Notes under the pieces: generated by a model | What the model was told of the DNA's origin: nothing | What the model saw: the letters and a program-made list of their open reading frames with translations, nothing else | Databases searched by the model: none | Source: Mobula hypostoma | Lineage: Eukaryota | Assembly: GCF_963921235.1 (NCBI RefSeq) | Contig: NC_086097.1 | Location: 23,066,001-23,130,000, forward strand | Direction: 5' to 3' | Length of the DNA stretch: 64,000 nucleotides | In this document: piece by piece, positions 11,662 through 23,655 of the stretch | Numbering within the stretch: the first letter of the stretch is position 1 | Layout of the letters: every line of letters begins with the position of its first letter | Made by a program: the position numbers and the translations under genes

Positions 11662-13854
11662 AGTGGCATGAGAGAGGAACTGGCCAAAGTTGACTGGAAA
11701 GAGACACTGGCGGGAAAGACGGCAGAGCAGCAGTGGCTGGAGTTTATGCAAGAAATGAGGAATGTGCAAGACAGGTATATTCCAAAAAAGAAGAAATTTT
11801 CGAGTGGAAAAAGGATGCAACCGTGGTTGACAAGAGAAGTCAAAGCCAAAGTTAAAGCTAAGGAGAGGGCATACAAGGAAGCAAAAATTAGTGGGAAGGC
11901 AGAGAATTGGGAAGTCTTTAAAACCTTACAAAAGGAAACCAAGAAGGTCATTAAGAGAGAAAAGATTAACTATGAAAGGAAACTAGCAAATAATATCAAA
12001 GAGGATACTAAAAGCTTTTTCAAGTATATAAAGAGTAAAAGACAGGTGAGAGTAGATACAGGACTGATAGAAAATGATACTGGAGAAATTGTAATGGGAG
12101 ATGAGGACTTGGCAGAGGAACTGAACAAGTATTTTGCATCAGTCTTCACTGAGGAAGACAGCAGGATACCGGACACTCAAGGGTGGCAGGGAAGAGAAGT
12201 GTGCGCAGTCACAATTACGACAGAGAAAGTACTCAGGAAGCTGAATAGGCTAAAGGTCGATAAATCTCCTGGACCAGATGGAATGCACCCTCGTGTTCTG
12301 AAGGAAGTAGCTGTGGAGATTGCGGGGGCATTAGCGATGATCTTTCAAAAGTCGATAGATTCTGGCATGGTTCTGGAAGACTGGAAGATTGCAAATGTCA
12401 CTCCGCTATTTAAGAAGGGGGAAAGGAAGCAAAAAGGAAATTATAGACCTGTTAGCTTGATGTCGGTGGTTGGGAAGTTGTTGGAGTTGATTGTCAAGGA
12501 TGAGGTTACAGAGTACCTGGAGGCATATGACAAGATAGGCAGAACTCAGCATGGATTCCTTAAAGGAAAATCCTGCCTGACAAACCTATTACAATTTTTT
12601 GAGGAAATTACCAGTAGGCTAGACAAGGGAGATGCAGTGGATGTTGTATATTTGGATTTTCAGAAGGCCTTTGACAAGGTGCCACACATGAGGCTACTTA
12701 ACAAGATAAGAGCCCATGGAATTACAGGAAAGTTACATACGTGGATAGAGCGTTGGCTGATTGGCAGGAAACAGAGAGTGGGAATAAAGGGATCCTATTC
12801 TGGTTGGCTGCCGGTTACCAGTGGTGTTCCACAGGGATCAGTGTTGGGGCTGCTTCTTTCTACATTGTACATCAACGATTTGGATTATGGAATAGATGGC
12901 ATTGTGGCTAAGTTTGCTGACGATACAAAGATAGGTGGAGGGGCCGGTAGTGCTGAGGAAACGGAGAGTCTGCAGAGAGACTTGGATAGATTGGAAGAAT
13001 GGGCAGAGAAGTGGCAAATGAAGTACAATGTTGGAAAGCGTATGGTTATGCACTTTGGCAGAAAAAATAAACGGGCAGACTATTATTTAAATAGGGAAAG
13101 AATTCAAAGTTCTGAGATGCAACGGGACTTGGGAGTCCTCGTACAGGATTCCCTTAAAGTTAACCTCCAGGTTGAGTCAGTAGTGAAGAAGGCGAATGCA
13201 ATGTTGGCATTCATTTCTAGAGGAATAGAGTATATGAGCAGGGATGTGATGTTGAGGCTCTATAAGGCGCTGGTGAGACCTCACTTGGAGTACTGTGGGC
13301 AGTTTTGGTCTCCTTATTTAAGAAAGGATGTGCTGACGTTGGAGAGGGTACAGAGAAGATTCACTAGAATGATTCCGGGAATGAGAGGGTTAACATATGA
13401 GGAACGTTTGTCCGCTCTTGGACTGTATTCCTTGGAGATTAGAAGAATGAGGGGAGACCTCATAGAAACATTTTGAATGTTAAAAGGCATGGACAGAGTG
13501 GAGGTGGCAAAGTTGTTTCCCATGATGGGGGAGTCTAGTACGAGAGGGCATGACTTCAGGATTGAAGGGCGCCCTTTCAGAACAGAAATGCGAAAAAATT
13601 TTTTTAGTCAGAGGGTGGTGAATCTATGGAATTTGTTGCCACGGGCAGCTGTGGAGGCCAAGTCATTGGGTGTATTTAAGGCAGAGATTGATAGGTATCT
13701 GAGTAGCCAGGGCATCAAAGGTTATGGTGAGAAGGCGGGGCAGTGGGACTAAATAGGATAAAATGGATCAGCTCATGATAAAATGGCGGAGCAGACTCGA
13801 TGGGCTGAATGGCTTACTTCTGCTCCTTTGTCTTATGGTCTTATGGTCTTATGG
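11662..13854 (+). mobile_element. Young 5'-truncated CR1 LINE inserted antisense into older CR1
   Basis: Long open RT frame, CR1 3' UTR and (tcttatgg)3 tail; host CR1 sequence resumes on both sides. Confidence 0.92.
11668..13752 (+). pseudogene. CR1 ORF2 reverse transcriptase (endonuclease lost by 5' truncation; single in-frame TGA at 13474-13476)
   Basis: KSPGPDG, NYRPVSL, YLDFQKAFDKV, SGVPQGSVLG, FADD and DLGV motifs; the 13477-13752 ORF continues in the same frame. Confidence 0.9.
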
Positions 13855-14403
13855 ACAATCCTTAACTGTGTTGTAACATCATCTACTTTATTCCATCTGC
13901 TGCATGCATTCGAACACTTTCAGTCATGTATTCATTAGCCTTTTCAATTTGCTCGCATGTTACACTTCAACTCATCTCACAGACTGCAATCTTGCCCAAT
14001 CATTTGCCTGTCCTTCCTCGCAGTCTCACTACCCAACTGTCCCATCCTCAGCCCTATCACTTCTGTTCCCTCCTCCCTGCCAAACTTAGCTTAAACCCTC
14101 CCCATCTGATCCAGCAAACCAGTCTGCAAGGATATTGGCCGCCCTTGAGTTTAGGAATAACCCATTCCTTTTGTCCAGGTAGGCTCTTCTCCAGAAGAGA
14201 TCCCAACGATCCATCAATCTGCAACTCTGCCCCTTGCACAAGTTCCTCAGCCACTTATTCATCTGTACTATTATCCTATTTCTGCCTTGACTAGCATGTG
14301 GTTCTGCAAGAAATCCAGAGTTTACAACCTTGTGCTGCAGGTCCTGCTTTTCATCCTCTTCCCTGACTCCCTAAACTCACTGCGCAGAGCCTGTTTTGCC
14401 TTT

Positions 14404-14926
14404 CTACCATGAGCCAATGGTGCCAATGTGCATTACGACCTCTGACTGCTCTCTGTCCATCTTGAGAACCTTCTGCAGCCACTCTGAAGCATCCTGGACC
14501 CAAGCACTTGGGAGGCAACACACAATCCTAGTGTCTCTTTTGCGGCCATAGAACATCCTGTCCATCCCCCAATCTATCAAGTCTCCTATCACTATCACTC
14601 TGCTCGACTTTACCCTTCCCTGCTGAGTCCCCCCGCGCCCAGCATTATTCAATGGGTCATACTTGTTGCAGAGGGGAATGGCCACAAGGGAACCATGCAC
14701 TGACTTCTTACTCCCCTTACTCCTCCTGGTGGTCACCATCTATTATCTGAAGCCTGCACTTTGGATGTGACCACCTCAGAAAACGTTTCATATATGAGGT
14801 TTTCAGCCTTCCAATGGTCTTGAGTACATCCAGTTCCAGCTCCAGTTCCTTAACCTTTTTAGTCAGGGGTTGCAGTTGAATGCACTTCCCGCAGATTTGG
14901 TCATCAGGGAGACGGTTAAATACCAT
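14404..14926 (-). pseudogene. CR1 ORF1 remnant (zinc finger/leucine zipper plus SGNH esterase)
   Basis: CGKC...LELELDVL followed by VIVIGD-x, VCCLP and VMHIGT motifs characteristic of CR1 esterase-type ORF1. Confidence 0.8.
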
Positions 14927-15169
14927 CCAATCCTACATCTCACAGGAGGAGCATTCCATTGCCTTAACTACCATCCTTTCTACAGTTTTTATAGATCTAA
15001 CTTCTCAAGCTTATGTGTTAGTTGAACCTGTTCTCACCTAAGCCTGCTGAGCCAAACTTGATCACTCTACAACTGGCCCACTCCACCAATGGCCGCTCCA
15101 ACAATGGCCACTCCACTTATACCTTACTTCCTTCTATTGGCCCCTGCTGAATGCCAAAGAGATAGTTCT

Positions 15170-15333
15170 GATTGCAGCCTGCTGAAATTTTTCCGAAAGA
15201 CTCCAATCTCTTTTTAACCCATACGCTGCCTCACCAGAAATCGACTGCTCACTATGATTGAAGCCCGTCGAAAATTTCTAAAAGGCTCCCGAGCTCTTTT
15301 AAACCTTGCAGTGTCTCACCAACAACTGACTGC
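15170..15333 (-). repeat. Two diverged ~86-bp tandem monomers at the CR1 5' end
   Basis: gattg(c/a)agcc...ctcttttt(a)aacc...ctcacca...gactgc starts at 15170 and again at 15256. Confidence 0.65.
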
Positions 15334-15339
15334 TTGCAA

Positions 15340-16275
15340 CAATTGCAGAAAGTGCTGGATACGGCACAGTGCATCACAGGAAAACCCTCCCCACTGCTGA
15401 GTGCACATAAACAGAGCACAGCTACAAGAAAGCAGCATCCATCATCAAGGAACCCCACCATCCAAGCTGTGGTCTCTTCTTCATAATACCATCAGGCAGG
15501 GGGTACAGACGTCTTAGAACCCACAACACCCAATTAAAGAACAGTTATTATCCTACAGCCATCAGGCTCCTGAACCAGCAATGAAAACTTCAACATCTAG
15601 TACTCTTCCTGATCCTACCACCTACAGATTCACTTTCAACTACTCTTTATGTCTCACCTTATCAGAATTATTTCATTTGTACAGTTTTGCACATAGGTTA
15701 TTTGTCAGTCTTTGCTTACATCTAGTTTCTCCATAAAATTCTATTGTATTTCTCTTTTCAAAGGTTCAAAGGTGCAATTTAATGTCAGAGAAATGTATAC
15801 AATATACATCCTGAAATGCTTTTTCTTCGCAAACATCTGTGAAAACAGGGAAGTGCCCCAAAGAATGAACGACAGTTAAATGTGAGAACCCCAAAGTCTC
15901 CCCCCCCCAGCTCCCCCCTCCCGTGTGTATTCGGCAGCGAGCAACAATTCCCCCTCCCCCCACCGGCAAAAAAATGCAAGCATCAGGACCACTACCAAGC
16001 ATGAGCAAAGCAATAGCAAAGACACAGACTTGCAGTTACCTCAAAGACTGTCGCATTTCACCCGGCATTCGACAAACCACAGGTTCTCCCTCTCCCTAAT
16101 AAGGGAGAGGGAAGTGTCCCCCATTTTCACAGCGAGCGAGAGACATAACAACAACCCGCTAGTTTACGATGTCAAAAGTCCGTTTTATCGCTTTTTATAC
16201 GGACAACCTGCAAGAAAATGAATCTCAGGGTAATATATGGTAACATAAACTTTGATCATAAATTTACTTTAAACT
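15340..16275 (+). mobile_element. Rex1/Babar 3' fragment with a nested minus-strand non-coding element (about 15757-16197)
   Basis: LQKVLDTAQCITG and PSGRGYR-like remnants; the nested piece ends in a (ttgaacct)-type tail on minus and host sequence resumes at about 16200. Confidence 0.65.
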
Positions 16276-17214
16276 TCAGTGATTGCTAAAGAAAGTACAT
16301 GTTCGGCACAGCATTGTGGGTCAAATGGCCTGTATTGTGCTGTAGGTTTTCTATGTTTTTATGTTCCATAAAATTGTGGAATTCCAGGTGAATTCCTCAG
16401 GGCTGTAAAGTGCAAATTGGAAAGAAGATGTTCCTCAAAGTTTTGACTGGACAGTGAAAGATACCATAAACAGCAGCCAGAGTAGGAATGGAATGGATAT
16501 CCCGTTGCTTTGTTCTTAACCACCGTCATTACTTTGGGATGCATCTGAAAATTGCCTTATTCCTAGACACCATTTGTTTTCTTGTCTGTGCAGGAATCTC
16601 AGATCATCAGACTCCTTCTAAAAAAATGAACATTTGGACACAATATTAAGCTCAATTTGTTATTTTCCACCTATCCTGCTATGCCATTTATGCTTTTACT
16701 TTGTGGTTTGTCTTTTTATATTGGCAGCTGTAACAATAAGCCAGAGCTCACAGGCAAAATAACATGTGTACCTCTAGTCTCTGAAGTCAAATTATTTTAC
16801 TTTGTAGTGATCAAACGTGGTCCTCTGTAGACATGCTTCAATCCATTCTTGGTTCCCTGGCCCTGTTTCAAAGAGTTTAACTTTGAATTGGGTTGGCAAA
16901 AATGTGAAAATTTTCTCTGTGCACAGCATTCACCTCTATCTATAGTTTCTGGCAAGAAACCAAGGTGTCATCTTCATTCAGTACACACTCTGTTGTCTTA
17001 CTGTCTGAACCTTTAGCCGAGAACCTTATCCATTTTCTATCACTAACCTTCTGCCAAGTTAACTCTGTTTCTTTGGGTTGCTATATCTTTGAAGATGGAT
17101 ATTTTAGTGGCAGTTCACTAAATCATAATTAAAGTTTTATTATCTGTTTTATACTTGAATTTTATAGACTCTAAAATGTCTAAGTAGCTAGTAGAAAGAA
17201 TAATTCTATTCCTG

Positions 17215-17555
17215 TGCAACACACACAAAATATCGAAGGATTTCAGCAGGTTCGGAAGCCTCTATGGCAATGAATAAGCAGTTGATGTTTTGGGCTGAGA
17301 TTTGTCAGGATTAACAAGGAAAGGAGGAAAAAACAGAATAAGAAGGTGGGGGAGGGGAAGGAGGTCAAACTAGAAGGTGGAGCCAGGTGGGTGGGGGAGG
17401 TGGGATAAAAAGGAATATTGTAGGAGAGGAGAGTGGACCATGTGAGAGAGAGAATGAAGAAGGGCACCAGGTTGAAGTGATAGCCAGGTGTTGAGAGGAG
17501 GTAAGGGGGAGGGGGGAGAGTGGGGAAATGAAGAATAGGGAATGGGGAGGGGCAT
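17215..17555 (-). mobile_element. Penelope-like 3' UTR/terminus fragment (degenerate)
   Basis: caacacacacaaaa...cagttgatgttttgggctgaga followed by the purine-rich UTR homologous to 21441-21825. Confidence 0.65.
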
Positions 17556-18869
17556 TTTAAAATTTTATTTCCTGATTTGTCCTCTGTGAGAATACCTCAG
17601 TGTGACTGCCTTGTGACTGATTCTGTGCTACCATGGGGTCTGGGTGCTGGTGATCCATTGAATTAGAGCTGGAATTAAACTTACTCAAGAAAATGGTTGC
17701 TGTCCATGGCAAAGAAATCATGAGTTTTCTAGTTATTTGTGATCGGTAACACTCCATCAGAACGAGAAGATTTCAGACATTTAGTAGTTTACAAGCAAGT
17801 AGCCATGAGAAAAGAGAATCAAAATGACAGACTGAAGGAGTTAAAAGAGGGAAAGGGGGGAGGTTTGTCATAAGGGTAAGCTGAATGATTAAAATGAGAT
17901 GGGGTGCTGATGTAAGGCATAAAGAAGGTGATTGAAGAATAGAACTGGGGGAAAAAGATGGTAAAAGGAACTGAAATATTTACAGCAGAATATCAGCGAT
18001 TGTGGCAGATGGAAAAATGGGAAGGCTGCAAATGTGACAGTGAAGTCAGCACAAGGTTCTTATTTAACTCTGATATCAAAAGTGGCCGTCTAACCCATCA
18101 AATCTATGTCACAAAGGTAAAGAAAAAAGAAGGAAAAAATAGGAGCAGGAATTAGCCACTTGCCCTTTTTAGTCTGTCCAGCCATTCACTATGGTCATGG
18201 CTGATCCACACAGGCCTCCTCTCTTGTGTGCTAACTTCCCACAGGCCTCACTTCCATGACTTTTTAAGAGTGTATCTACTTACACTTTAAATAGTTATGA
18301 CTTGCATATACTGTATGTCATCATATGCAAAACCTGAGATCTGTTTTCTCATGGGCATTCTCAATAAATCCAAGAACCATCATAGAATCAAGGACAGACC
18401 ACAACCAATGTGCAAGACAACAAAATCTACAAATACAAAGGAAAAAAGGAAATAAAAATAATAATAAATATGGAGAACATGAGATGAAGAGTCCTTGAAA
18501 GAGAGGTCCATAGGTTGGGGGAGCAGTTCAGTGATGGGCCAGGTGAAATTATACCCACTGGTTCAAGAGCCTGATGGTTCAGATTCATCACCTTTTGTGA
18601 AAAGAAACGTCTGCATGCCTCAGATTTAAAAACTAGTCCTTGGCAATGAACTTTCATCTTTGAAACACTCACATTAGTCAAAACATCTTGTTATCTCACT
18701 TGGTAAGCTTCCTTGGGATCTTGCATTTCTCTGTTAGTTCACCCCTCATTTTTCTGATCTCCAAAGACCACAGTGCCAAGATGTTCAGCATCTCCAGATA
18801 AGTCAGCCTGAAATTAGTCTGTTGTATCTCATTTGGACTGCCTCCTTTGCTACTATATTATTCTTAAGG

Positions 18870-18948
18870 CAGGGGTTCCCAAACTGGGGTTCATGGATCC
18901 CTGTTAATGGTAGGGTGTCCGTGAGATAAAAAAGGTTGGGAACCCCTG
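18870..18948. mobile_element. 79-bp hAT (Charlie-type) MITE
   Basis: Perfect 13-bp TIR caggggttcccaa / ttgggaacccctg; exact 8-bp TSD tcttaagg (18862-69 / 18949-56). Confidence 0.92.
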
Positions 18949-21440
18949 TCTTAAGGTAAGAGTGCCAAAACTTTGTGCAGTTATCTAGATGTGGTCTCAC
19001 CAATTCCTTGTACAAATGTGGCATAACTTCCTCAATCATAAACTCCTGCTGCCCAGCAATGAAGTCCACAATGTACCATTCTGGCTGCTTCCCCCGCCTT
19101 TACAGTCCTGATGAAGAGTCACAGCTCAAAACTTTGGGTGTTTATTTCTCTCCATAGATGCCGCCTCACCTGCTGAATTTGATGAAGTATTGAAACACAG
19201 AAACATACAGGCCTTTCAGCCTATGAAATCTCCCTCTGTCACTCACTCACTCACTACCCTCCTCACCTTGTTTCACCGATCACCTGCCAACTTGTACTTC
19301 TCCTTCTCCCCCCCGCCCCCCCCCCAAATTTTTATTCTGATTTCTTCACCATTCTTTTCCAATCGTGGTGAAGGATCTCAGGCTGGAACATGACTGTTCA
19401 TTCCTGTCCATAGATGCGGCCAGGCCTGCTGAGTTCCACCAGCGTTTTGCGTGTACTACTCCAAGATACCACCCCTCCTCTTAACTACTCGCTGCACTTG
19501 CATCCTAACTTTCTGTGATTCACACATAAGAACACTTTAATCTCGTTGTATTTCACTCATTTTCAGTCTCTCCTCACTTATATCACAATCTGCCTTTTGA
19601 TTCCTCCTAATGAAGTGCCTGACCTTATACTTCCTCGTGTTGAATTTCACTTGCAAACTGGTCTTCAATCATCAAAGGTTGAGCAAATTGTGGCTTTTCT
19701 CTTTGGAGTGAAGGAGAACGAGAGTGGAGTTGATAGTGGTATGGACAGCATGAATAGCCAGCACATTTTTCCCAGAGTGGAAATGGCTAACACAAGAGGA
19801 CTTAATTTTAAGGTGATTGGAGGGAAGTCTGAGGGGGGATGATGGAGGAAGGTTTTTTTACACAGAGCGTGGTAGCTACATTGAATGTGCTGCCAGGAAT
19901 GATAGTAGACGCAGATACATTAGGGTCACTTAGATAGGCACGTGGATAAAAGAAAAATGGAGGGCTACGTGAGAAGGAAGGGTTAGAATTAGAGTAAGTT
20001 AACTGGTTGGTACAACATGGTGGGGCAATGAGCCTGTACTGTGCTGTAATGTTCTATGTTCCATTCTATCTATTTATATCTCATTGAGAGTCACAATATC
20101 TTCATTTCTGCATGTCCTTCCAGCTATTTTTCTATTCTCAACAAACTTCCAATAGCTTACATTTTGCCCTCTCCTTCAGATCATTAATATAACTAGTGAA
20201 AATTAAGGGCCAAGATTTGATGCATCACTACTCCACTAATTCCATCCTTGCAATCTTAAAAGAAACTATTTATTCCAATTCCCTGTTTTCGATGTAATAG
20301 CTAGTTAATAAACCTTATCCAATACCGCAAGTTCTTAATTTATGTACCAATCCCTTATGCAGAGCCTTGTTAAATGCATTCTGAAAATCTAAATGCAATA
20401 TGTGTTCAGGTTCCCCTGCACCAATTCTCATTTTTACATCCTTAAAGTCCACCAAAATATTTGTCAAACATGATTTACTTTTCAAAAAAGCACATTGACT
20501 TGTTTGAGAAATTAAGCTCTCCTAAACAACTAGTTGCTTTCTCTTTGACTATTGACTCCGGCATCTTAGATTTTTAAGCTAAATTGGATGTTCAATGTTG
20601 AGCAAATTGGCTTATTTTATCCTCATCCCTACTTGTATTAGGAAACCATGTGTGCTCATTTCCAATCCTTTGGAACCCTCCCAGAACTTGATGAATTTTG
20701 AAAAAAAAAAATCACTGAAAAATTACAGCACAGTACAGGCCTTTCAGCTCATTTTCAGTTCAATTCCTGCGCAGTTCAGTAAGGAATCACCAGTGGAATA
20801 CATGGGTTTTTCACAGGGTGCTCCGGTTTCTTCCCACAGTCCAAAGACATACTGGGTAGTTTAATTGCTCATTGTAAATTGTGCTGTGATTAGGTTGGGG
20901 TTAATTGGGTTTGTTGGGGATTGCTGGGGTGACATTGGTCAAAGAGGCTGCTCCGTGGTCTATCACTAAATAATGCCTGCCTTTTAACCTACTCAAAGGT
21001 CAATCTAACTCCTCTCTCCTGCCTAGCACTCCGTTTAAAAAAAAAGAATTTATTTACCTATCCTAGAGTTCTCAAATGCTTCTAATGGATCTGCCTCTAC
21101 CATCACTGCGGCACGTTCCACACACTCAGCACTCTCTGTGTAAAAAGGCTTAGCTCTAACAGCCTTTCCTCCAACCCACTTAAATTATGCTCTATTATTT
21201 TACCCACCCTGCCTTGCAAAAGTCTCTAGCCATTCTGTCGACCTATGCCTCATATCAGCTTGTATACCTCTGTCAAGTGACCTCTTTCTCTCTTTCGCTT
21301 CAGAGAGAATAACCTTAGCTCACTCAACCTATCCTCATAAGACATGCGCTCTGGTCCAGCCAGCATCCTGGTAAACCTCCTCTTCCACATCCTTCTGTAT
21401 CCTTCCTACATTCAACCAACATGTCAACTATCTTGAAATG

Positions 21441-21825
21441 GGAAAATCTGCAGATGCTGGAAGTCCAAGCAACACACACTAAATTCTGGAGCAACTCAGC
21501 AGGTCAGGCAGCATCTATGGAGAAGAGTACAGTCGACGTTTTGGGCCGAGGCCCTTCATCAGGACTGGAGGGAAAAAAAGATGAGGAGTCAGAGTAAGAA
21601 GGTGGGGGGAGGGGAGGAAGAAATACAGGTGATAGGTGAAACTGGAAGGGGGGAGAGAGGTGCTAAAGAGCTGGGAAGTTGATTGGTGAAAGAGGTACAG
21701 GGCTGGAAGAGGGGGAATCTGATAGGAGAGAACAGAAGACCACGGAAGAAAGAAACGGGGAGGAGCACCAGAGGGAGCTGATGGGCAGATAAAGAGATAG
21801 GGTGAGAGATGGGAATGTGGAATGT
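21441..21825 (-). mobile_element. Penelope-like 3' UTR/terminus fragment
   Basis: Reverse complement of the terminus at 61430-61700, including a hammerhead motif at 21530-21567. Confidence 0.8.
21530..21567 (-). ncRNA. Minimal type I hammerhead ribozyme copy with catalytic G12>A
   Basis: Minus strand CAGUC-CUGAUGA-A-GGGC(CUCG)GCCC-AAAA-C-GUC-GACUG; all stems pair and only G12 of the core is lost. Confidence 0.7.
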
Positions 21826-21994
21826 GAAATAATAAAACTGGTTGTGGGCCTTGGTGAGCACATAGTCGAAGAGTTGGAGGTTAGCAGAGATCATTGAAGG
21901 GGAGCAGTGAGAGAGGGTTTCACTGAACTCCCGTCCAAAGGAAGATTCCAACCCCATTCCTATTCCTATTCCCATTCCCATTCAAAGTCCACAG

Positions 21995-22272
21995 GGTGGC
22001 ACAGTAGCATAGCACAAACTTATTTCAGCTCTGAGCATTCTGGAGTTCGGAGTTAATTTCCTGTGCAGTTCTGTGAGGAATCACCAGAGGAATACGTGGG
22101 TTTTCCCTGGGTGCTCCAGTTTCTTCCCACAGTCCAAAGACGTGCTGGGTAGTTTAATTGCTCATTGTAAATTGTGCCGTGATTAGGTTAGGGTTAATTG
22201 GGTTTGTTGGGGATTGCTGGGGTGACATTGCTCAAAGAGCTTACTCCGTGGTCTATCACTAAATAAATAAAT
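21995..22272 (+). mobile_element. V-domain SINE (closely related partial copy at about 20755-20972)
   Basis: ggtggcacagtagcatagc head, V core gggtgctccagtttcttcccacagtccaaagac, (aaat)n tail. Confidence 0.7.
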
Positions 22273-22519
22273 TATCTCGGTCGCCCTCTTCCTTTTTATG
22301 TATCTATGGAAAATTTTACTGCAAGCTTCTCTCACACAATGTTCTCTTTTGTTATGAGCTATAAAAAATCCCAGTTGGCTGGTTTACCATTAGCCCTTAT
22401 CACTTTGTATGGCCTACATTTTGATTTTACATTATTCTTGACCTCAATTGTTAACAATGAATGGTACCTCTTTCTCATGGAATCTCTTTTTAAATTCAAG
22501 ATATATTCTGTTGAGTATT

Positions 22520-23290
22520 AGACCATGAGACATAGGAACAGAATTAGGCAATTTGGCCCAGCAAGTCTGCACCATCATTCAATCATGGCTGATTTATTTT
22601 TCCTCTCAACTCCATTCTCTTGTCTTTTCTCCGTAACCTGGGACCACCTTACTAATCAACCTTCACTTTGAATATTCCTAATGACTTTGTCTATACAGCT
22701 GTATGTCACAATGAATTCCACAGATTCACCACCTTCTGGCTAAAGTAATTCCTTCTCATCTCTGTCCTTCTGTTCTGAGGTTGTTCCCTCAGGTCCTCTG
22801 GTCTAAACTCTCCCACTATCTTTTTCATTTGTACACTATGTATTCAGTAGGTTTCAATGAGATCCCCCACTCAGTCTTTCAAACTCTACTGACTACTGGC
22901 ACAGATCCATTAAATACTCCTCGTACGTTAACCGTTTCATTCTTGCGATCATTCTTGTAAACCTCACCTGGATTCTTTCCAATGCTAGTGCATCCTTTTT
23001 CGGATAAGGAGCTTGAAACTGCTCACTATACTCCAAATTCAGTCTGATCAATGTCATATAAAGCATTACATTCTTGCTTTTATCTTCTAGTCTTCTCAAA
23101 AATGAAAGCTAACATTGCATTTGACATAGGCATAGAAGCAGAAATAAGCCATTCGGCCTATTGAGTCTGATCCACCACTTGATCATGGCTAATCAAACCC
23201 ATCTCCTGCTTTCTCCCTATAAAATTTGCCTTTCTTACTACCGACACAACCTGAAAGTTAACTTTTAGGGAGTCCTGCTGGAGGAAACTC
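22520..23290 (-). mobile_element. CR1 3' fragment
   Basis: LIRLNLEYSEQF...LERIQVRFTRMI remnant and CR1 3' UTR. Confidence 0.75.
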
Positions 23291-23436
23291 ATTATTAGAT
23301 GTTATGGACCAACTGATTGAATATTGGCCATGTCTCATTTATTGTCCTTATTTCAGATGAAGATATTGGTCTTAAACCTGGGTCCTTCAAACTGTATTTG
23401 GAATTCTATCATGTTGTGATCCCTACTTTATAGGCC

Positions 23437-23655
23437 TAGTTCACGCTTCGACTTGAGTCCCTTCATCTAGCTGTCTCTCTCTTCCCCTATAGTTCACGCT
23501 TCGGCTTGAGTCCCTCCATCTAGCTGTCTCTCTCTTCCCCTATAGTTCACACTTCGGCTTGAGTCCCTCCATCTGGCTGTCTCTCTCTTCCCCTATAGTT
23601 CATGCTTTGGCTCGAGTCCCTCCATCTGGCTGTCTCTCTCTTCCTCTATAGTTCA
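23437..23655. repeat. 53-bp minisatellite, 4 copies, derived from the antisense hammerhead/Penelope terminus
   Basis: tagttcacgcttcggcttgagtccctccatctagctgtctctctcttccccta starts at 23437, 23490, 23543 and 23596, with a partial fifth start at 23649. Confidence 0.9.

Larger units (their letters stand above)
8080..15333 (-). mobile_element. Old near-full-length CR1 (HER1-like) LINE carrying nested insertions
   Basis: On the minus strand, in order: 5' tandem monomers, ORF1 zinc/coiled-coil (ICGKCIQLQ...ELELELD), SGNH esterase (VIVIGD...VCCLP...VVMHIGT), ORF2 remnants (ANVTSLFKKG, PQGSVLGPLLF, QRDLG) and a CR1 3' UTR at about 8080-8200. About 4.2 kb after removing insertions. Confidence 0.85.

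Noticed and set aside
16359..16620. Possible coding exon in unique sequence
   Set aside because: No consistent acceptor/donor pair and no recognisable protein similarity.
23437..23655. CRISPR-like array
   Set aside because: Units are contiguous near-identical 53-mers with no unique spacers, no cas genes, and a vertebrate context.
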